Of a stretch of 64,000 bases of DNA, positions 20,069 to 28,474 are shown piece by piece (positions within the stretch are counted from its first letter, which is position 1; every line of letters starts with the position of its first letter). This DNA is from a virus. The DNA lies in the IMG/VR virus record IMGVR_UViG_3300022213_000004. The stretch is one strand, 5' to 3'. The notes below the pieces were generated by a model, which worked only from the letters and a program-made list of their open reading frames with translations, was not told the DNA's origin and did no database searches. Made by a program: the position numbers and the translations under genes.

Positions 20069-20686
20069 ATGAAAGACGTTGAAATTTTAAATGAAATTTT
20101 CACTGAAATGAATATTCTTCAGGAAGAATATAAACAAATAACATATTATTATGTTTATGCAATTTTTTTTCCAAATTGTAAATTTTACATAGGTTCTCGT
20201 CAATGTAACTGCATCCCCATTGAAGATAAAAAATACACTGGTTCTTATACGGATAAAAGTAATGGTGATGGTATAAAGGTCATTTTAAAAATTTTTTCCA
20301 ATGAAAATGAAATGACTTTTTATGAGACAAATTTAATTCAAAAATTTAAATCTTATTCAAATTGTATTAATGTAAATTCGTCCCCACGAGTTTGTAATAA
20401 TAATAAGTTGAATAGTAAAGTTTTTAAAACAACGGATTTAATGCAAATATATGGGTATTCAAGTTCAACAACACTGTCTAATTGGTGTATAATTGCCGAA
20501 ATTGATAGATTTAGACAAGGAAAATACTTTTATGTGAGTAATGAAGATAAATTAAAACTTGATGAGGTATCCAATTTTATTAAATCTGGATATACTTATG
20601 AGGATTACCTTAAAACTAAAGGTAAATCAAAGGAAGAAATTAAAAGCATTATTTCAAAGGTGAAAGGACTTAATTATGACAAGTGA
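20069..20686 (+). CDS. GIY-YIG-like endonuclease with possible C-terminal HTH
   Basis: YYVYAIFFPNCKFYIGSR...YTGS...E; very AT-rich. Confidence 0.65.
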   Translation: MKDVEILNEIFTEMNILQEEYKQITYYYVYAIFFPNCKFYIGSRQCNCIPIEDKKYTGSYTDKSNGDGIKVILKIFSNENEMTFYETNLIQKFKSYSNCINVNSSPRVCNNNKLNSKVFKTTDLMQIYGYSSSTTLSNWCIIAEIDRFRQGKYFYVSNEDKLKLDEVSNFIKSGYTYEDYLKTKGKSKEEIKSIISKVKGLNYDK

Positions 20687-20903
20687 ATTTCTTTTAAAGG
20701 CACAATTAGTTTGGGATGAGTTTTGTGGAGGACTTAAACAAGAACCAACAGAGGATATGAAAGAAGCACTTTGCGAAAGTATCACAGAGATTATGGTTCA
20801 ACTTACGCAATATCCAAATCCGCAAGATTCATATTATTCTATTATTGATGTAAAGGAACTTTCTAAATTGAGAGATGAATTGGAGAAACTGGTGGATGAG
20901 TAA
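20676..20903 (+). CDS. Hypothetical protein
   Basis: 75-aa ORF with AAGGA RBS; begins MTSEFL. Confidence 0.6.
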   Translation: MTSEFLLKAQLVWDEFCGGLKQEPTEDMKEALCESITEIMVQLTQYPNPQDSYYSIIDVKELSKLRDELEKLVDE

Positions 20904-20962
20904 TCTTGAATAAGTGTAAATAACTCATTTACTAAATAGTATTATACTACGAGGTTTAGTAA

Positions 20963-21496
20963 ATGAGTTGCGTTTATCAAATAAGAAACAAAATAACAGG
21001 AGAAAATTACATAGGTTCTACTGAAAAGAATTATATGCTTAGGTTTGCTAAACATATAACTATGTGTAATAGTAATAAAATGGATTGTCCTAAACTTTAT
21101 GAAAATTTTTTAAAGTATGGGTATCATAATTTTACTATTGAAGTCGTAAAGTGGATACACGAAGACGAAGACCTCAAAAAAGTAGAACAAGAATATTGTG
21201 AATGGTTAAACCCTTCTTTAAATTCTTTATGGGGAACAAAACATACCAAAGATTCTATTGATAAAATGCGTAAGTCGCAAAGAGAATATTGGTCTAAAAA
21301 TTCTCATCCAAGAAAAGGAGTTCCTTTTACTGAGGAACATAAAAATAATCTTTCAAAATCTATGGGTAAAAAGTGTTATGTTGATGGAGTAGTTTATGAA
21401 TCTGTGAAAGAATGTGCTAAAATACTTGGTATCCATAGGGATACTGCAAGTTGGAGAATGAGAAGTAAATCATTTCCAAATTACTATTACCTTTGA
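20963..21496 (+). CDS. GIY-YIG homing endonuclease
   Basis: CVYQIRNKITGENYIGST...KYGYHNF; NUMOD-like C-terminus. Confidence 0.88.
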   Translation: MSCVYQIRNKITGENYIGSTEKNYMLRFAKHITMCNSNKMDCPKLYENFLKYGYHNFTIEVVKWIHEDEDLKKVEQEYCEWLNPSLNSLWGTKHTKDSIDKMRKSQREYWSKNSHPRKGVPFTEEHKNNLSKSMGKKCYVDGVVYESVKECAKILGIHRDTASWRMRSKSFPNYYYL

Positions 21497-21511
21497 TTTT
21501 TATTTTTTGAT

Positions 21512-22471
21512 ATGGAAATTACTGATACTAAACCATTCTTGTGGGTGGAAAAGTGGGCACCAGAATCTGTTGATGATTTGATTCTTACTAAAAGTGTAAA
21601 GGAGTTTTTCACTAATGTAGTAAGTGAAGGGCAACTGAATCAAAATCTTATCTTACAAGGTTCTCAGGGTTGTGGTAAAACTCAAACTATTAAAACTCTC
21701 TGTAAGATTACAAAACAGGATGTTTTGTTTTTGAATGGTTCTTCTGAGGGTAGATATTTGGATACTATTCGCAATCAAGTCATTAATTTTGGAACTACTG
21801 TTTCTATGTTTAATGATAAGAAAAAGGTAGTGTTCTTTGATGAGTTTGATGGGACAACTAATGATGTAATGCTTTGTCTTCGTGGAGTAATTGAGCAACT
21901 TCACAATAATGTATGCTTCATTTTTACTTGTAATAATCTTAATAAAATTATTGAACCAATTCAATCAAGGTGTGTTGTTCTTAAATATACTCCCATTCCA
22001 AAGAATGAAAAACCTGAGTTGATGGTATCCATTTTCAATAGAATGTCTCACATTCTTGACGAGGAAAATATTGAATATGATAAAAAAGTTGTAGCAGAAC
22101 TCATCAAAAACTATTTTCCAGATACAAGGCAACTCCTCAATACTCTTCAACGATATTCTACAGGGGGAAAAATTGACACGGGCATTCTTGCATCTTTCTC
22201 AGACATCTCTGTAAATGAACTCATTAAAAATCTCAAGGATAAAAACTTTCCTGAAGTCCGAAAGTGGGTGGTCTCCAACTTGGACAACGATGCTAGCAGT
22301 CTACTTCGCAGGATTTATGACGCCTGTTATGATTGCCTTTCACCCCAATCTATCCCCGCTGCCGTTCTTGTTATTGCTAAGTATCAATACCAATGTGCGT
22401 TCGTGGCTGACCAAGAAATAAATCTTCTTGCTGCTCTTACAGAAATAATGATAGAATGTGAGTTTCGTTGA
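21512..22471 (+). CDS. gp44: Clamp loader large subunit
   Basis: LWVEKW, GSQGCGKT, DEFD, SRC motif, DQEINLLA. Confidence 0.93.
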   Translation: MEITDTKPFLWVEKWAPESVDDLILTKSVKEFFTNVVSEGQLNQNLILQGSQGCGKTQTIKTLCKITKQDVLFLNGSSEGRYLDTIRNQVINFGTTVSMFNDKKKVVFFDEFDGTTNDVMLCLRGVIEQLHNNVCFIFTCNNLNKIIEPIQSRCVVLKYTPIPKNEKPELMVSIFNRMSHILDEENIEYDKKVVAELIKNYFPDTRQLLNTLQRYSTGGKIDTGILASFSDISVNELIKNLKDKNFPEVRKWVVSNLDNDASSLLRRIYDACYDCLSPQSIPAAVLVIAKYQYQCAFVADQEINLLAALTEIMIECEFR

Positions 22472-22482
22472 GGTAATTTAAA

Positions 22483-22776
22483 ATGAATGTAAAACTTATT
22501 CGTATGTGGTCTGGTGAAGATGTAATTGCCGACCTTGTTGGAGATCTTACTGATAACATTGTAATCCGTAATCCTATTGTTGCCATTCCTACTGGAAATG
22601 GACAGATGGGATTTGCTCCTTGGTCTCCTCTTTTGAAGGAGAAAGGTGTGGATATAGAAGTAACTAAAAAATATGTTGTTTATATTTCTGAAGCACAAGA
22701 GCAGATTGTTGAACAATATGAGCAAATGTTTTCAGTAATTCAAAAACCATCTAAAAAGTTGATTGTATCGCAGTGA
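22483..22776 (+). CDS. Conserved T4-like hypothetical protein (Sm-like fold likely)
   Basis: VKLIRMWSGEDVIA...FAPW. Confidence 0.7.
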   Translation: MNVKLIRMWSGEDVIADLVGDLTDNIVIRNPIVAIPTGNGQMGFAPWSPLLKEKGVDIEVTKKYVVYISEAQEQIVEQYEQMFSVIQKPSKKLIVSQ

Positions 22777-23621
22777 AATCACTAAAAACTGCCTTGCGCT
22801 ACCCTGGAGGCAAGTCCCGTGCTTGCGCCAAGATGGACCCATATTTTCCCGACCTTCGAAACTATGATGAGTTTCGTGAACCGTTTCTTGGTGGTGGAAG
22901 TGTTGCAATTCATATCACTAAGAAATATCCTTACCTAGATATTTGGGTGAATGATCTTTATGAACCTCTTGTGAACTTCTGGCAGCAGCTCCAGATGCTT
23001 GGTCCTGATCTAAAGGATAAACTGGTAGATCTTAAATCAATACACAATAATCCAGCATCTGCAAAGGAACTGTTTCTCGCAAGTAAGGAGAAGGTCAATG
23101 ACCAAAGTTTGCCCAGTCTTGATCGTGCTGTGGCTTTCTATGTTGTTAATAAGTGTTCTTTCAGTGGTCTCACAGAGAGTTCATCATTTTCAGAACAAGC
23201 ATCCAATTCCAACTTCAGTTTGCGAGGGATCGAAAAACTGTCTGCGTATTCTGAATTAATCTCTAAGTGGCGCATAACTAATTATTCCTATGACTATCTA
23301 ATGGATGGAAACAAAGGTGCTTTTATGTATCTCGATCCTCCTTATGACATTAAGGATAATCTCTATGGGAATAGGGGATCAATGCACAAAGGATTTGATC
23401 ACGATAAGTTTGCTGCTGACTGCGATGCTAACGATATGGATCAGTTAGTAAGTTATAACTCTAATCAACTTGTAAAAGATCGCTTTAAGAACTGGAACGC
23501 CGCTGAGTTTGATTTGACTTATACGATGCGTTCTGTGGGCGAATATATGCGTGAGCAAAAACAACGTAAAGAACTGCTACTGTTTAATTATGGAATTGAA
23601 GGATTGGTTGAACTCAATTAA
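22773..23621 (+). CDS. dam: DNA adenine methyltransferase (D12 class)
   Basis: LRYPGGKS, EPFLGGGSV and YLDPPY motifs. Confidence 0.93.
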   Translation: MKSLKTALRYPGGKSRACAKMDPYFPDLRNYDEFREPFLGGGSVAIHITKKYPYLDIWVNDLYEPLVNFWQQLQMLGPDLKDKLVDLKSIHNNPASAKELFLASKEKVNDQSLPSLDRAVAFYVVNKCSFSGLTESSSFSEQASNSNFSLRGIEKLSAYSELISKWRITNYSYDYLMDGNKGAFMYLDPPYDIKDNLYGNRGSMHKGFDHDKFAADCDANDMDQLVSYNSNQLVKDRFKNWNAAEFDLTYTMRSVGEYMREQKQRKELLLFNYGIEGLVELN

Positions 23622-23958
23622 CTTTACAAAAGAAGATTTATCAGAAAATATAAAAAATTATTCTCCATATATTATAAATCGTTGTCTTTCGGGGCACATT
23701 GACTGCATTATGTATGCCAATGAAATGAATATTAATCATCACCTCGATAAAGATATGCAATATTCTTTTTTTCTAAATACTATAAGAAAAAGGAAGAGAT
23801 TTTCTCCCTGGCTCCGTAAAGATGAAATCAAAGACTTAGAGTGTGTAAAACAATACTATGGTTATAGTAATGAAAAAGCATCTCAAGCACTTAAAATTTT
23901 GTCAAAAGAGCAAATCAACTTTATTAAAAAACGACTTGAAATTGGCGGAACAAAATGA
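23590..23958 (+). CDS. gp62: Clamp loader small subunit
   Basis: MELKDWLNSIN, YYGYSNEKA; directly upstream of regA. Confidence 0.92.
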   Translation: MELKDWLNSINFTKEDLSENIKNYSPYIINRCLSGHIDCIMYANEMNINHHLDKDMQYSFFLNTIRKRKRFSPWLRKDEIKDLECVKQYYGYSNEKASQALKILSKEQINFIKKRLEIGGTK

Positions 23959-24395
23959 CAACTCAAACAATTGAACCTCAGGTAAATTGGTCGCAAGATC
24001 AAATGGTAGAAGTTATTCTCAACGAACCCGATGACTTCCTTAAAGTTCGAGAAACTCTAACTCGTATCGGGGTTGCATCCAGAAAGGAGAAAAAACTCTA
24101 TCAGTCTTGCCATATTTTGCATAAGCAAGGTAGATACTACATTGTTCACTTTAAGGAACTATTTGCTTTGGATGGCAAACACGCTAATCTGACTGTGAAT
24201 GATGTTCAACGCCGTAACCGTATTGTTCGTCTTCTTGCTGATTGGGGACTTATTACTGTAGTCAATCAAGATAAGGTTGCAGATATTGCTCCACTGAATC
24301 AAATCAAAGTTCTTGCATATAAGGATAAAGGTGATTGGATTTTGGAACAAAAATATAATATTGGTAAAAAAGGAAGAAATGTAGAGACTGAATAA
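23955..24395 (+). CDS. regA: Translational repressor
   Basis: DDFLKVRETLTRIG, LYQSCHILHKQGRYYIVHFKELF. Confidence 0.97.
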   Translation: MTTQTIEPQVNWSQDQMVEVILNEPDDFLKVRETLTRIGVASRKEKKLYQSCHILHKQGRYYIVHFKELFALDGKHANLTVNDVQRRNRIVRLLADWGLITVVNQDKVADIAPLNQIKVLAYKDKGDWILEQKYNIGKKGRNVETE

Positions 24396-24553
24396 ATAGT
24401 TTTGTGCCATTCGTGCGGCACTCTACAAAAGTCGGAACACCCTAAAGAGAAGTTCGGTTTTTACCTTGCTTCTCTTTTTGCTTTATGGTTAAATAATAAT
24501 GGATGCCTTCGGGATCCACACAAAACAAACTCGCTTTAAAAGGAGCTACTATA

Positions 24554-24988
24554 ATGACTAACCTAATGCGTTATACTGCTGCGGATCTTCCTGCTTTGAT
24601 GGATAAGATCACAAAGAACAGTATCGGGATGGATGAATATTTTGATCGACTGTTTAATCTTCACGAAACTTCAACAAATTATCCACCTTATAATCTTATT
24701 CATGTAAATAATGTTGAATCTCATTTAGAGATTGCATTGGCTGGATTTAAAAAAGGAGAGGTTAATGTTTTCACCGAGTATGGAAAACTTTTTGTCGAAG
24801 GACAACGGGCAGATACCGAGACGGACAGGACGTTTATCCACAAGGGAGTGGCTAGCAGAAGTTTTAAACGAGCGTGGACTCTATCCGACGACACAGAAGT
24901 CAGGGATGTTGTATTCGAAGACGGACTTCTACGGATCGTACTTGGGAAAATAGTACCAGAGCATCATGCCCGTAAGGATTATCTTTAA
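24554..24988 (+). CDS. hsp20: Small heat-shock protein
   Basis: NYPPYNL, EIALAGF, FEDGLLRI; AGGAG RBS. Confidence 0.95.
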   Translation: MTNLMRYTAADLPALMDKITKNSIGMDEYFDRLFNLHETSTNYPPYNLIHVNNVESHLEIALAGFKKGEVNVFTEYGKLFVEGQRADTETDRTFIHKGVASRSFKRAWTLSDDTEVRDVVFEDGLLRIVLGKIVPEHHARKDYL

Positions 24989-25001
24989 ATAAAAATAAAA
25001 A

Positions 25002-25178
25002 ATGAAATCTTTCGACGAGTTCAAAACAATTGCATATAGGGAAGCAATCCCACATACTGTTTATTCTCAAGGAAAACAAAAGCAAGTTCCAAAAGGAAAA
25101 GCAGTTCCCGTAAGAAGTCGTTCAAGTGCTGGTGGTAATGGAAATGGTGATGGTGGTGGAGGAGACGGTGGAGAATAA
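25002..25178 (+). CDS. Small late protein with Gly-rich tail (not in ORF track)
   Basis: MKSFDEFKTIAYREA...GGNGNGDGGGGDGGE; TTAAATA box upstream. Confidence 0.65.
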   Translation: MKSFDEFKTIAYREAIPHTVYSQGKQKQVPKGKAVPVRSRSSAGGNGNGDGGGGDGGE

Positions 25179-25283
25179 ATAGATTTGAATATCGTCGGTG
25201 TTATGCCATAGAGGAGTTCTGGCAAAATCCAGGTTGACTCCTCCTTTTTTTGTACTATAATAATAAGAGGTATGGAGTAAAAA

Positions 25284-25661
25284 ATGACTATTAAATTAAT
25301 GCTTTTTAAATCTGGAGAAGATTTAATCGCGGATGTTGCAGAAATGGTTGTTGGTGAAGATGAAGAAAGTAAAAGAACAGTCGGATATTTTCTCACTAAA
25401 CCTTGTATAGTAAAGATGAGAAATCCAACCCAAGTTGAAGATGCTGAGAATAAAAAAACTGGATTTGAAGTTTCTCTTTTTCCTTGGATTCCCCTTTCTG
25501 CCGACGAAAAAATTCCAGTTCCTGCAGATTGGTTAGTTACTATGGTAGAGCCAACTGCAAAATTAAAAGAAATGTACGTTAAAGATGTTTTAGACTATGG
25601 AAAAGAAAACAATAAAGATCATAGCGTTGATGAACAACCTGATTCTGATAAGCAAGATTGA
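25284..25661 (+). CDS. Conserved cyanophage hypothetical protein
   Basis: IKLMLFKSGEDLIA...FPWIP; TTGACT-16-TATAAT promoter at 25234-25261. Confidence 0.75.
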   Translation: MTIKLMLFKSGEDLIADVAEMVVGEDEESKRTVGYFLTKPCIVKMRNPTQVEDAENKKTGFEVSLFPWIPLSADEKIPVPADWLVTMVEPTAKLKEMYVKDVLDYGKENNKDHSVDEQPDSDKQD

Positions 25662-25860
25662 AGAGATTGGTGCCGATATTGGAGAACCTGACTGTAAGTT
25701 GGTTGATCCATTTGTGGTGAAAAGTGATCAAACTTTGGAACCATTTCTTTGTGGGTACACGAAAGAAAAAACTTTTATGATGAGTTCGGATAAGATTCTG
25801 ACACTTGCAGATCCAACTCCAACTCTACTTGAAAAATATGAGGACCTGATTAAAGAATGA
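25597..25860 (+). CDS. Conserved cyanophage hypothetical protein
   Basis: DIGEPDCKLVDPF; typical ORF preceding gp43. Confidence 0.7.
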   Translation: MEKKTIKIIALMNNLILISKIEEIGADIGEPDCKLVDPFVVKSDQTLEPFLCGYTKEKTFMMSSDKILTLADPTPTLLEKYEDLIKE

Positions 25861-25861
25861 C

Positions 25862-26395
25862 CTAAACATTTTTTTTCTTTTTGTACCTAACATACCATCC
25901 CGTGTATCTTCCGGTCTTATAATTTCCATTATTTTCGCCAGATACATCTGAGTAATCTCTTTGTTTGCGAGTTCCATTCTCATAAGATTTTTTTAAACTT
26001 TCACTTCTTTTTATATTGCTTTCTATTGAATTGGTTTTTCCTTTTCTGTTTGAAGTTTTTCCCTTTTTTGCAAGTGACATTTTTTCTTTAGTTTCTTTTG
26101 AGAATTCTTTAGCAGTTTCTCCACCGCTTGTTAAATTGTATCCTTCAATCATAGTGTTATAAAAACTTATCCAATATGATTCTCTTTCATCTAAAATATC
26201 AGGTGAACACTCTTCTAGAATTTCGATTCTAAAATCTTCTCTTGCGTATTTTCTCATCGCTTTGTATAATGGTCTCGTAAGATTAACATTTTTAGATGAT
26301 ATGAAGTGTTGAGATATTCTTTTTGATAATCTTTGTTTGGTTTGTCCTATGTATTTTTTTCCACTAGGACTTTCTATGGAATAAATTATCGCCAT
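25862..26395 (-). CDS. GIY-YIG homing endonuclease
   Basis: IIYSIESPSGKKYIGQT...AMRKY...ERESYWI...GYNLTSGG. Confidence 0.9.
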   Translation of the reverse strand: MAIIYSIESPSGKKYIGQTKQRLSKRISQHFISSKNVNLTRPLYKAMRKYAREDFRIEILEECSPDILDERESYWISFYNTMIEGYNLTSGGETAKEFSKETKEKMSLAKKGKTSNRKGKTNSIESNIKRSESLKKSYENGTRKQRDYSDVSGENNGNYKTGRYTGWYVRYKKKKNV

Positions 26396-26427
26396 ACTAA
26401 TAAAATTTTTCCTTTATACTTTTATTT

Positions 26428-27705
26428 ATGTCTTTAAGGTTTTATACTAATGTTCAGTTGATTGGAAATCAATTTTTGGTTCGTGGAGTAGATAATGGAA
26501 AAAGATTTGAAACTAGAGATGAGTTCTTCCCAACTCTCTTTGTAAAAACTAAAAAAGATTCTAAGTATGGAACATTAAGTGGAGAAGCAGTAGAACCAAT
26601 TAATCCTGGAACAGTAAAAGATTGTCGAGAGTTCTACAAAAAGTATGATGAAATTGATGGATTTGAGATCTATGGAAATGATCGATATATCTATCAATAT
26701 ATTTCAGAAAAATATCCAGAGGATGAAATCAAGTTTGACATTAGTAAAATTAAACTTGTAACTTTGGATATTGAGGTTGCTTCTGAAGCAGGATTCCCTG
26801 ATGTAGAATCTTGTTCTGAAGAAATTCTTGCAATCACCATCCAAGACTATACAACTAAGAAAATTGTTACTTGGGGAGTAAAACCTTTTAATCATAATCG
26901 TAAGGACTTGACTTATCACCATTGTCCTTCTGAATATGAACTTCTTAATCATTTCATCAACTATTGGATGTTCAATGTTCCAGATGTAATTACTGGATGG
27001 AACATTCAGATGTATGATGTTCCTTATATTTGCAAACGTCTGAATCGTGTGCTTGGTGAAAAATTGATGAAACGTTTTTCCAACTGGGGATTAGTTACGG
27101 AGGGAGAAGTATTCATTAATGGTCGTAAGCACACTGTGTTTGATGTTGGTGGATTGACTCAACTTGATTATCTTGACCTTTATAAGAAGTTTACTTATAA
27201 GGCACAAGAATCTTATCGTCTTGATTACATTGCTGAAGTGGAACTTGGGCAGAAAAAACTTGACCACTCCGAGTTTGACACCTTCAAGGATTTTTATACT
27301 CAAGGATGGCAGAAGTTTATTGAGTATAACATTGTTGACGTGGAACTTGTTGACCGATTGGAAGACAAGATGAAACTCATTGAGTTAGCACTCACCATGG
27401 CTTATGATGCTAAGGTAAATTATGCTGACGTTTTCTATCAAGTGAGGATGTGGGATAATATTATCTACAATTATCTTAAGAAACGTAACATCGTTATCCC
27501 CCCGAGGAATAAATCCCAGAAGAACGAAAAATATGCGGGGGCATATGTCAAGGAACCAATTCCGGGAAAGTATGACTACGTGGTAAGTTTTGACTTGAAT
27601 TCACTTTATCCGCACTTGATTATGCAATATTCAATTTCGCCCGAAACTCTTGTGAGTATGGATGATATTAATAATCGTATTGCGGAATTAGAAAAAATGT
27701 TGTAG
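26428..27705 (+). CDS. gp43: Family B DNA polymerase, N-terminal fragment (exonuclease and motif A)
   Basis: LDIEV, TGWNI..YD, YNIVDV, SFDLNSLYPH; stops shortly after ISPETL. Confidence 0.95.
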   Translation: MSLRFYTNVQLIGNQFLVRGVDNGKRFETRDEFFPTLFVKTKKDSKYGTLSGEAVEPINPGTVKDCREFYKKYDEIDGFEIYGNDRYIYQYISEKYPEDEIKFDISKIKLVTLDIEVASEAGFPDVESCSEEILAITIQDYTTKKIVTWGVKPFNHNRKDLTYHHCPSEYELLNHFINYWMFNVPDVITGWNIQMYDVPYICKRLNRVLGEKLMKRFSNWGLVTEGEVFINGRKHTVFDVGGLTQLDYLDLYKKFTYKAQESYRLDYIAEVELGQKKLDHSEFDTFKDFYTQGWQKFIEYNIVDVELVDRLEDKMKLIELALTMAYDAKVNYADVFYQVRMWDNIIYNYLKKRNIVIPPRNKSQKNEKYAGAYVKEPIPGKYDYVVSFDLNSLYPHLIMQYSISPETLVSMDDINNRIAELEKML

Positions 27706-27747
27706 AATATCCACACATTATAAATAATAAAGTGTGGATAAAACTAA

Positions 27748-28308
27748 ATGCAACCAAAATTCAATATAACAAAAGAACAGTTAAAACAACTTTATATTGT
27801 TGATAACAAAAGTAGAAAAGAGTGTGCTGAATTTTTTGGTTGTTCTGACCCACTTATTAAGCAAAAAATACAAAAATATGGGTTGCAAAAACCTAAACAT
27901 TTGGAGAACAAAAATAAAGAAAGAAAAGAAACTCTTTTTTGTGAAAATTGTGGTTCTCCATTCACTGTAAGTAGATTTAGAGCAACAAGTGAAAAATGGA
28001 AACTTCGGTTTTGTTCTCATTCTTGTTCTTCTAAATTTAGATATTTGGGTGAAGAGCATAAAAGAGCGGTTTTGAATTCTATTTCTGCTCGCAGAAGATG
28101 TAGAATGAGAGATGCTTTTGATGAAACTTCAAACCAACAAAAAATAAATGAAATATATTGCGAAGCAAAAAGATTAACTGAAGAAACTGGTATTCCTCAC
28201 GAAGTAGACCATATTATTCCAATTTCAAAAGGAGGAAAACATCACGAAGATAATTTACAAATTATCACGATGAGTGAAAATCGTAAAAAACATAGTAAAA
28301 TTATCTAA
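27748..28308 (+). CDS. HNH endonuclease inserted in gp43
   Basis: CENCG..FCSHSC, HEVDHIIPISKGGKHHEDNLQI. Confidence 0.9.
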   Translation: MQPKFNITKEQLKQLYIVDNKSRKECAEFFGCSDPLIKQKIQKYGLQKPKHLENKNKERKETLFCENCGSPFTVSRFRATSEKWKLRFCSHSCSSKFRYLGEEHKRAVLNSISARRRCRMRDAFDETSNQQKINEIYCEAKRLTEETGIPHEVDHIIPISKGGKHHEDNLQIITMSENRKKHSKII

Positions 28309-28309
28309 A

Positions 28310-28474
28310 ATGACTTACGAAGAAGAATACCAACCAAGAAATAGAGAAAAATCAAAACAAGCAAAATATGGAATGATATGGTGTGCTTATTGTGATAGAG
28401 ATATGGTAGGAGATATTGGTAAATGTTCTTACTGTGGAAGATTTAATAACAGAAAGAAAATTCGCTATGAGTAA
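28310..28474 (+). CDS. Small zinc-ribbon protein inside the gp43 insertion
   Basis: 54 aa with CAYC...CSYC; stop overlaps the start of the gp43 C-terminal fragment. Confidence 0.6.
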   Translation: MTYEEEYQPRNREKSKQAKYGMIWCAYCDRDMVGDIGKCSYCGRFNNRKKIRYE

